This document shows, piece after piece, positions 54,215 to 64,000 of a DNA stretch of 64,000 bases; position 1 is the first letter of the stretch, and each line of letters starts with the position of its first letter. The position numbers and the translations under genes are program-made. Under the pieces are notes generated by a model. That model was not told the origin of the DNA, did no database searches, and was given only the letters and a program-made list of their open reading frames with translations. The stretch is from Octopus sinensis (Eukaryota): the NCBI RefSeq assembly GCF_006345805.1, contig NC_043002.1, forward strand, positions 13,206,001-13,270,000, read 5' to 3'.

Positions 54215-54648
54215 AGGAATGGCTGTGTGGTAAGTAGCTTGCTTACCAACCACATGGTTCCGGGTTCAGTTCCACGGCGTGGCACCTTGGGCAGGTGTCT
54301 TCTACTATAGCCGCGGGCCGACCAAAGCCTTATGAGTGGATTTGGTAGACGGAAACTGAAAGAAGCCCGTCGTATATACGTATGTGTGTGTATATATATA
54401 TATATATTTATTTACTACCCACAAGGGGCTAAACACAGAGGGGACAAACAAGGACAGACAAAGCGGTTAAGTCGATTCCATCGACCCCAGTGCGTAACTG
54501 GTACTTAATTTATCGACCACGAAAGGATGAAAGGCAAAGTCAGCCTCGGCGGAATTTGAACTCAGAACGTAACGGCAGACGAAATACGGCTTCGTATTTC
54601 GCCCGGCGTGCTACCGTTTCTGCCAGCTCGCCGCCTGTATGTATATAT

Positions 54649-54713
<65 letters not shown>

Positions 54714-55062
54714 TGTTGTGTGTGTGTGTGCTTGTGTGTCTGTGTTTGTCCCCCCAACATCGCTTGACAATCGATGCTGGTGTGTTTACGTCCCCGTAAC
54801 TTAGCGGTTCGGCAAAAGAGACTGATAGAATAAGTACTAGGCTTACAAAGAATAAGTCCTGGTGTCGATGTGCTCGACTGCGGCCATGCTGAAGCACCGC
54901 CTTTAATCGAGCAACTCGACCCCGGGACTTATTCTTTTGTAAGCTCAGTACTTATTCTATCGGCCTCTTTTGCCGAACCGCTAAGTAACGGGAACATAAA
55001 CACACCAGCATCGGTTGTCAAGCAATCCTAGGGGGACAAACACAGACACACAAACACACACG

Positions 55063-55103
<41 letters not shown>

Positions 55104-55283
55104 TATATATACATATATACGACGGTCTTCTTTCAGTTTCCGTCTACCAAATCCACTCACAAGGCTTTGGTCGGCCCGAGGCTATAGTAGAAGACACTTT
55201 CCCAATGTGCCACGCAGTGGGACTGAACCCGGAACCATGTGGTTGGTAAACAAGCTACTTACCACACAGCCACTTCTGCGCCC
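54215..55283. mobile_element. Tail-to-tail pair of family C SINEs; the first contains a nested family N SINE (54408-54635, minus)
   Basis: Plus copy 54215-54878 abuts minus copy 54876-55283. Confidence 0.88.
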
Positions 55284-55650
55284 ATAATCAGTTAAATAAG
55301 AATTGCTATTTTATTTCAACCTTGTATGCGCACACAATTTGCCATTTGTATGCAAGTTGTGAAACGTATGTGCGCGTGCATAGTATTCTCTTTGTTCGCG
55401 CGCACATTTTCCCCTTCGTGTAGGTATTTTTGAAATCGTGTGCGCGCGCACATGTTTCTTTTGTGCGCTAAGTTGTCAAACATGTGCGCACACCAGAGAA
55501 GAAACGTTGCTACCAAGTTACAACGACCGCATCGAGGCTTTCACCCCTCGTCAGTGTTTGTATTGTGTACACGAAGGTAAGAGTGGAGTTCGTGAAAGTA
55601 CAGTTTCAATGAAGAGTTATACTTTGGTGTGATTTGTATTTTCAGTGTAC

Positions 55651-56035
55651 GGAGGCGGAATGGCCCAGTGGTTAGGGCAGCGGACTCACGATCGGAGGAT
55701 CGCGGTTTCGATTCCCAGACCGGGCATTGTGAGTGTTTATTGAGCGAAAACACTTAAAAAAGCTCCATGAGGCTCCGGCAGGGGATGGTGGTGATCCCTG
55801 CTGTACTCTTTCACCACAACTTTCTCTCACTCTTACTTCCTGTTTCTGTTGTACCTGTATTTCAAAGGGCCGGCCTTGTCACTCTCTGTGTCACGCTGAA
55901 TATCCCCGAGAACTACGTTAAGGGTACACGTGTCTGTGGAGTGCTCAGCCACTTACACGTTAATTTCACGAGCAGGCTGTTCCGTTGATTCGGATCAACC
56001 GGAGCACTCGTCGTCGTAACCGACGGAGTGCTTCC
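55651..56035 (+). mobile_element. SINE family A, full length with TSD
   Basis: ATTTTCAGTGT(A/G)C at 55638 and 56036. Confidence 0.9.
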
Positions 56036-56251
56036 ATTTTCAGTGTGCGTGTGTGTGTGTGTGTGTGTGTTGTGTGAGGGTGGGTAGAGGGTCTTGGTGA
56101 CTGAAGAATTCTGATTGAGGAATGATGAGTAAGAAGATTCTGTAAACTTGGATGCGAAAGAAAAACAACAGAAAAAAAACAACACTCGAAACATCTTCAC
56201 ACATTCACGATTTCTTGGAAAATTTTTTGTGCTTACACATTTCTCTCAATT

Positions 56252-56677
56252 ACTCTTTACTCTTTTACTCTTTTACTTGTTTCAGTCAGTTGACTGCGGC
56301 CATGCTGGAGCACCGCCTTTTAGTCGAGCAACTCGACCCCGGGATTTATTCTTTATAAGCCCAGTACTTGGTCTATCGGTCTGTTTTGCCGAACCGCTAA
56401 GTGACGGGGACATAAACACACCAGCATCGGTTGTCAAGCAATGCAAGGGGAACAGACAAAGAAACATACACGCACACACACACATACATATACATATATA
56501 TATATATATAAATATATACGACGGGCTTCTTTCAGTTTCCGTCTACCAAATCCACTCACAAGGCTTTGGTCGGCCCGAGGCTATAGTAGAAGACACTTGC
56601 CCAAGGTGCCACGCAGTGGGACTGAACCCGAAACCATGTGGTTGGTAAGCAAGCTACTTACCACACAGCCACTCCTG
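56252..56677 (-). mobile_element. SINE family C
   Basis: Family match. Confidence 0.9.
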
Positions 56678-57033
56678 TTAATAACTTTCGTATAGTTTTT
56701 CATATAAAGAAAAAAGAAACCTTGATTCAATAGCGAGAGAGAGAGTGGGAGGTAGGAAGAAAACAGAGTGGGAGTGAGACAGAGAGGGAGTAGTGGAAAA
56801 AAACGAAAGATGCCGATGAAAGAGTAAAAGTATAATAGGCATGACTGCGAGTGACATCGAGATAGAGAAAGCACGTGAGTGGATTTCTGTGAATCCGTTT
56901 CGAGCGATAAGACATTCATTAGTGTAACATTGGGGCATCACGTGATTTATCTCCAATAACCCTGAGCTGAAGACAAAAACAAAAAAAATTACGATGGGTG
57001 GAATTACGGCAGAATATGTTTTAACTCTCTCTT

Positions 57034-57087
<54 letters not shown>

Positions 57088-57173
57088 CTAGCTCGCTTTC
57101 GTATAAATGTATGTGTTCCGAAATATAGATATAGTTATATATGTGTATGAGTACGTGTGTGCATGTGTGTGTA

Positions 57174-57211
<38 letters not shown>

Positions 57212-57226
57212 TGTGTGTGTGAGTGT

Positions 57227-57275
<49 letters not shown>

Positions 57276-57539
57276 TGTGTGTGTGTGTGCATGTATATGT
57301 AACCTTGAAAATCTTGGCTTTGATCCAAAAATTGGTTTGGCGGCAAAGGAATGTTTCTTCCTTAAAACACTCTCTGGCAGGCACACATACATTCACAAAT
57401 ACACACACACATATATACACACACTCACATACACACACTCACACATACATACGCACACACCATATATATTTACCTGTACACTATCACTCTGTAGTCTAAA
57501 GAATATTAAGTTTTATATATATATATATATATATATACA

Positions 57540-57955
57540 TACATCTGGTTTGATCAATAAATATTCGGATTATTGCCATAGTAAAGATGCTATAGCATAC
57601 AGAGTAAAATTACTTGGCACAGATTGACCTTGAAATCTGCTTTGCACGTGCACTAAGTTTTTATTTACGGCAGTGCTTGGAAGGAGGGTACGTAGCATGT
57701 GATCATCGCATGGACCATAACAGAGAGAGTTGTCATGGTGATACCTGCTCAGAGGCTTACGCAAAGTTGCAAAAAGTGTATGGAGAAGAGTGTATGGAGA
57801 AGAGTGTATGAGTTGCACATAAGTATACGAGTGGTTCAAACGTTTCCAAGATGGCCGAAAAAACGTTTCCAAGATGGCCGAAAAAATGTCGATATTCTGG
57901 GAGACTCGCAACCAGCAGAACTGAGAAAAACATCGCAGATGTACATGCGGCTATC
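57540..57955 (+). mobile_element. mariner 5' fragment
   Basis: GDTCSEAYAKLQKVYGEECM...YEWFKRFQDGR HTH with short internal duplications. Confidence 0.8.
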
Positions 57956-58090
57956 TCTTGCCCTTCCTACTCCTATCTCTTCCCTTTCCCACACCTATCT
58001 CTTCCCTTTTCTCCGCCTATCTCAGAATACCTGTAAAAGAGCCATATGCTTTACCTTGCCTCATGACAACAACATAAAAGAAATATTTAA

Positions 58091-58311
58091 CCCTTTGCCA
58101 TTTAAACTGACCATATTTGACCGAGATATCCCATCTGTTTTATGTTCAAGCCGGCCAGATCCGACCTCTCACTCTTATCCTACAATGTCATTCTAAAAGT
58201 TAAAAAATCACGTCCTTGAAATCCTAAGGCTATCAGAAAATGCATGATTAATTCAAAGCATCGTGAATACATGAGCATTACATTTGACAGACTAAGTTGA
58301 ATACTAAAGTG
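58091..58311. mobile_element. piggyBac-like MITE
   Basis: TTAA flanks with imperfect termini CCCTTT / AAAGTG. Confidence 0.6.
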
Positions 58312-59584
58312 TTAACACTGAGAATAAACATGCATTATATTTTACAGTATAATTTAATATTAAAGGGCTCGGGGAGGTCAAGAATTTGTGTTGATATTTT
58401 TATTGCTTATAGTAACATCATTTGAGTTATGTTCCAGCTTTGTAAAAGCTGGTGCATAACGCAGGTCCTTGAAAACCAGATGCGAACAACCTCTTCAATG
58501 ATAAGAGTAGAACATGTCAACTACCTAAGGTTTAACATTGTGTGTTGTTGTCTGTTGAAATTACCTGTTCATCCATCAAACTGTTGTTTATTTACATTCC
58601 TTCTTCACTTTTAACGGTGAAAAATGGCTTCGTTGTTGAGGATGGAGAATTTAACGAATTCAACTTGAAAGTTTGTTATTACAAATGTCATTTAACAAAA
58701 TATAAAGAAAACAATCACATTTTAAAGTATGTCAGAAAATTATCTGTGCTTTATATATTACTTTACAACGATAGAGATGCGTAGATGTTTACTGAGAGAA
58801 ACGATTCTTAAATCAGTAGCGCATCAGCTTATCTCAAAGGAAGTGCTAAATACTAAATACGAATCAAAGAAGGGACTTATTCGCTAGACCCGATAAATAC
58901 GGCAGCTATATCTCCCTCATATTACACACAACTGTATTCTAAAAAGAAAAAAAAACACGTTTTGGATGTATCATATCTGAAAAGGCAGGAACGATTTTCG
59001 GAATATATGTGCTTGATTAGTCCTAAATACTAATAAGCTTTTGTACTAACAAAATTGGACCGTGGATGAAGAATTTTGGCTGCTCTTCAAAGGAAGCTAT
59101 TTTCAACGGATGTCTTTCTGCAACTCTTTTCATCTTTTACTGGTTTCAGTATTTAGACAGAGGCTAAGCAAGGGCAGCACTTTAAAAAGCGGTGAGACGT
59201 AAATACGAAGGTGCGGATACGTCGCACTCTCACACACACACGTACACATAGACACACACAAACACACTCACACATAGACACACACTCACACATAGACACA
59301 CACACACTCACACTCACACATAGACACGCACACTCACACATATACACACATACACTCACACATAGACACACACACACTCACACTCACACATAGACACGCA
59401 CACACTCACACATAGACACACACTCACACATAGACACACACTCACACATAGACACACACTCACACTCACACATAGACACGCACACACTCACACATAGACA
59501 CAGAGACTCACACATAGACACACACACTCATACAGACACACACACACTCACACATAGACGCACACACATATGCGCACGCGTGTA

Positions 59585-59878
59585 TATACAAAACCAGAAC
59601 ATCTGAAGGTATGAGAGGTGAATATATATTTATTTAACCATGTGACTTCCATAGGATTACAGCCTTTTCGCAACTCTTTATTTGCAATGAATTTTTAATA
59701 CATAATTGTATTGAATAATACTGAGCACGCATAATACAAACAAGTACGCTAATTTCCTCCATACTGAAATTACTAAAACATGAAGAAGGTTGCGAAACTA
59801 CCGTAATTCTATGGAAGACCCATTGTTAAATAAATATACATCCACCTCGCATATTTTCTGACTTCATGTTTTTATATT
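59585..59878. repeat. Old inverted repeat, probable PLE terminal-repeat pair
   Basis: About 59585-59680 is inverted relative to 59780-59878; both arms retain TTGC-GAAA-N5-GTA. Confidence 0.6.
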
Positions 59879-60602
59879 ATTCTGCACGAAAGGTTTTCAT
59901 CTGTAAGATCTATATTTTGAGTTTCATAGACATTACGCTTCTTTGTAATCGATTATATGAACTGTTAGTCGAGTCCGTAAGAAGACTTGTGCATGAATGT
60001 TTAGAAAAAATTATGAAATAGATGTTTTTACGTGCTTTTTAGCGATGAGGTCACCAAGCAACCTGCAAAACAAAGATCCTTTAAGAAGTGGGATATTGGT
60101 GAAAGTGGCTTTGTGCTTTGGACAGGTTAACTACATTCTAAGGCACAATACAGGTAGGTGCTTGTCGACACAGCATAATGGGGTAGTTCTGCCAATAAAA
60201 CTAAGGTATTTCACCAATCTTGTTCACTTTCTTTTTATGAAATTATCACTGTCATTACTTCCGATCAATTTAATTTAATTCCTTTTAAGCCTTAATATAC
60301 GACAAATTAAAAGTAACTGTTTTTTTTCTGGATTAGCCTGTATACTGACAAAATAAAACGAAAAAAGAAATTCTCAGTTGAGAAAACAGACGCCAAAGAA
60401 CCGGTAATAGAAAAATTGTTCCAATTAGTATTAAAAAATGTAAGAATTCAAAGATACGTTTTAAAAAGTTACGTAAGAGTCTCTAAAAATTTCTAAAAAG
60501 AAGTAGGAAAAGTTCCAATAATAGTTTTAGATAAATTCATTTAATGAATAATTTAAACCTCTATCTCATTCTTTCCCTTCCTCTCTGTCTGTCTGCTTCA
60601 AC

Positions 60603-60633
<31 letters not shown>

Positions 60634-61248
60634 GCAAACATGTTATCGGAAAGTTTTGTATTCTTTCTGTCACTGCTTTGTATACCTACTCATGAATTAA
60701 TTAATTAATTTATAATTAAACTGCTGCATATTCAGAATTAGAATGTATGTTAAACGAACACGCTTTCTCCAGACTTCGATATATGTTCTTTTCCTGCTAA
60801 AATTAATCCAAGCAATCGATGTTCTTTCACGCCAGACATATTTCATTTTGTTTTTAAATACTCCTAAGATTATAATGAATATCGACACGATATAAATACG
60901 CTGTCAAAACTAGATTCTATTAAACTTATAATGCAAACAAATATCTGTGTAATTAAGGTTGACATTTTTATATAATTTTCGGCGGAGAAAAATCTTGGAA
61001 GAATCGTTCGAACTTGTTCGACAGCATAAAAAAAAAGTGGTGATTGTTGCATAAATAACAAAACTAAGTCGGGTAAGAATCATCGATTTCACTGTGCACC
61101 TTTTCATGAATATATCAAAGTGGATAATAATAATATCAGTAATATTTTGTTGTGGGTTCAAACCCAGTACCATATCAATTCCACCATCGACGCTTTCCTA
61201 TATTTACACGTACACACACACGTACATAGACACGTACACATACACGCG

Positions 61249-61279
<31 letters not shown>

Positions 61280-61830
61280 CACACACACACACACACACAC
61301 ATACACACACATAAACATTATTATTCCTAAATCTTTCAACAAAATAATTTAGTAATAGTACCTTAAAGTAAAGATTATTTGCCAACATAATGCCATCAGA
61401 CACCGAGAGAGGCAATTTTTAGCCGATGAGAAAGCTTTACATCTTTTATCGAGAATCAGATAATAATATTGGCAAATAGCGTATATCGTCCCCTAAGCCA
61501 GAATAAATTTGTCAGTGGATGTGCGAAGTGCTGACGTAAAGAATACAAACATAAGACTTTCATCCACTCGTGATCAATTAAGCAAAGTACCAGTCAATTA
61601 CACCCCACAAAATTGCTGGCCTCGTGCTAAAATTGGAAAGAATTGTTCAATTCTGGTATATTTAGCAAAAAGAAAATAATCTTAAACATTTGTCCTCAGA
61701 AGTTGTTTTTATTTAGTCCTTGGGGAGGCTTTTCAGACTGCGGTGCCTTCAGATGTCGTATGTTTACCTTATCCCTACCTAAACGCGACCAGTCAGATGT
61801 CCCTACGTATAATATATAATGAGCACTTAC

Positions 61831-62187
61831 TGGGTGTGTGGTAAGAAGCTTGCTAACCAATCACATGGTTCCGGGTTCAGTCCCACAGCATGGCATCTTA
61901 GGCAAATGTCTTTTATTATTATAGCGGGCAGACTAAAGCCTTGTGAGTGGATTTGATAGGCGAAAACTGAAAGAAGCCAGTCGTATGTATATATATGTGT
62001 GTGTGTATGTGTATTGGTATGCCTGTATGTTAGTGTGTTTACGTCCCTGTAACTTAGCGATTTGGCAAAAGATGCTGATAGGATAAGTACTAGGCTTACA
62101 AAGAATAAGTCCTGAGGTCGATTTGTTCGACTAAATGCGGTGCTCCAGCATGGCCGCAGTCAAATGACTGAAACAAGTAAAAGAGTA
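61831..62187 (+). mobile_element. SINE family C
   Basis: Family match. Confidence 0.85.
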
Positions 62188-63175
62188 CTTAATTATATTG
62201 CTACCTGCTCAAAATTAGAACATACGATGAAACGAACACGCTTCCTCCAGGCTTGGAAATAAGTTCTTTTCCTTTTAAATTAAGCCAAGCGATCGATGTT
62301 TTCATCCAAACCAATAGCATTTCTTCTTGCCTTTACCTTTGGGTTTCATTAATTTTTTTTTTTGCATTGGTTTTTCTACGTGTGTGTGCCTGTCTGTCTG
62401 CTTGCCTGCCTGCGTGTGTATGTGCCTTTGTCCACGCGCGCACGTATTTGCATATGAGGTTGTGGTGTAAGTGTGTGGTGTATCTGTATGTGTCTTTGTA
62501 TGTAGCTGTTTTTTTTCTATTTTCAATTGATGGTTTGGTTCATTGCTATAAGTCTTATCTCAGTCTTAAAAACCGCATAAATTCTTCAGTTCCAAAGATT
62601 TTGATTCTTATTCTTCCTTTTTTCTATTTACCGTATTTTCCCCTTCCTTTCTATTTTATTTCCTTTAATTATTTCTTTATTTCTTTCTTTATTTTTTCCT
62701 CTTCTTTCTATCTTCCTGTCTCTCTCTCTCTCTTTTTTCCATCTCCCCAGCTCCACCTTTTATTTATTCTATTCCTCATCCTATTTCGGTTATTCTTCGA
62801 AGCACAATGCCTTCTGGGGTTATTTATTATATCCAATTAATATGTCCATTCTCTCGGAGTCAGGAACAAAAGAAAGTTCAAAATCATTATTCTTGAATAT
62901 CTGAATCTTGAAGGAAAACAGAATCGGCAATATATATGGCTGCTAGTGGAAGCCAAACATATCATTAGATGAAAAGGAGCGGTAACAATTTATATGAAAC
63001 TACAGCTAGACCGCGATTACCAGGCCGCGGGGCCATTTTGTTCCGATAGTTAATCTGGTTGTAAACAAAAGAAACCATACTGAACGTAATTATGTAAAAA
63101 CTATTTGCTTACAGAGATTTTATGTAATTCAATCGATAAAAAAACTGTACTATTATGCAATATTTACTAAATATA

Positions 63176-63574
63176 TACTCTTTACTTGTTTCAGTCATTT
63201 GACTGCGGCCATGCTGGAGCACCGCCTTTAGTCGAGCAAATCGACCCCGGAACTTATTCTTTGTAAGCCCAGTACTTATTCTATCGGTCTCTTTTGCCGA
63301 ACCGCTAAGTGACGGGGACGTAAACACACCAGCATCGGTTGTCAAGCAATGCTAGGGGGACAAACACACAAACATATACGCACACACACATATATATATA
63401 TACATATATACGACAGGCTTCTTTCAGTTTCCGTCTACCAAATCTACTCACATGGCATTGGTCGGCCCGGGGCTATAGCAGAAGACACTTGCCTAAGATG
63501 CCACGCAGTGGGACTGAACCCGGAACCATGTGATTGGTTAGCAAGCTACTTACCACACAGCCACTCCTGCGCCT
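63176..63574 (-). mobile_element. SINE family C, full length
   Basis: Family match. Confidence 0.9.
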
Positions 63575-63896
63575 ATTTGTCTGTATACGTACATGCGTAT
63601 ATATGCCATACATTTATTCGCATAAGTAATACGTATTTTAAGATTTCTCCTAAGTAAAGCGAAACTGATAACCTGATATTAGAACTCAGTATAAATACAG
63701 GGGCGGACCAAATTTGGTGGGGATCATATGCCTCCCTCAAGAAAACAAGTGCATCCTTCTACATAATACTATTACGCCCTTTTCTCCTGGTATCGTATTC
63801 CTTTCTGACCTTGTGCGCTCTTCCTTCGAAAAATTCGTAGGACCGCGCCTGAAATATGTTTAAGAAGAAAGCGTTTGGCCAATACAGGCCGGAATA

Positions 63897-64000
63897 AGGG
63901 CGGAGAGCTGGCAGAATCGTTAGTCCGCCGGGCGAAAATGCTTAGCGGTATTTCGTCTGCCGCTACGTTCTGAGTTCAAATTCCGCCGAGGTCGACTTAG
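63897..64000 (+). mobile_element. SINE family N, cut by the window end
   Basis: Head match. Confidence 0.85.

Noticed and set aside
55651-55722. tRNA gene-like sequences here and at 4036, 5721 and 29875
   Set aside because: SINE heads continuing into repeat bodies, some with TSDs; acceptor stems are imperfect.
56860-56950. Two CACGTG E-boxes
   Set aside because: Short motifs expected by chance; no linked gene.
60043-60153. Possible internal exon (TTTTTAG acceptor, donors at 60126 or 60154)
   Set aside because: No recognisable peptide or partner exons; such signals arise by chance in AT-rich DNA.
63698-63851. hAT-like MITE (CAGGGGCGGA...CCGCGCCTG)
   Set aside because: Termini are imperfect and there is no 8-bp TSD.

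Overview
Repeat-saturated, AT-rich eukaryotic DNA with no confidently identifiable protein-coding gene. The SINE families and microsatellite density suggest a coleoid cephalopod, most likely Octopus (recognition-based inference, not a database hit). Contents: (i) four modular tRNA-derived SINE families, here called A, B, C and N, in tens of copies, several nested or with target-site duplications (TSDs); (ii) decayed LINEs (Tx1/L1, R4/Dong-type, CR1-group); (iii) Tc1/mariner fragments, pogo- and piggyBac-like MITEs and two non-autonomous Helitrons; (iv) very long microsatellites and a 100-N gap. Most ORFs in the track are microsatellite or SINE artefacts. The main hidden signal is about 15 intact or decayed minimal type I hammerhead ribozyme (HHR) motifs, mostly in Penelope-like element (PLE) remnants, many inside (TA)n tracts. 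They include compensatory variants of the catalytic C3-G8 pair (C-G, U-A and G-C all occur), a 560-bp tandem HHR array with an inverted flank, and an apparent tRNA-headed SINE ending in an HHR-bearing tail. All structures were read by eye; coordinates of degenerate repeats are approximate.
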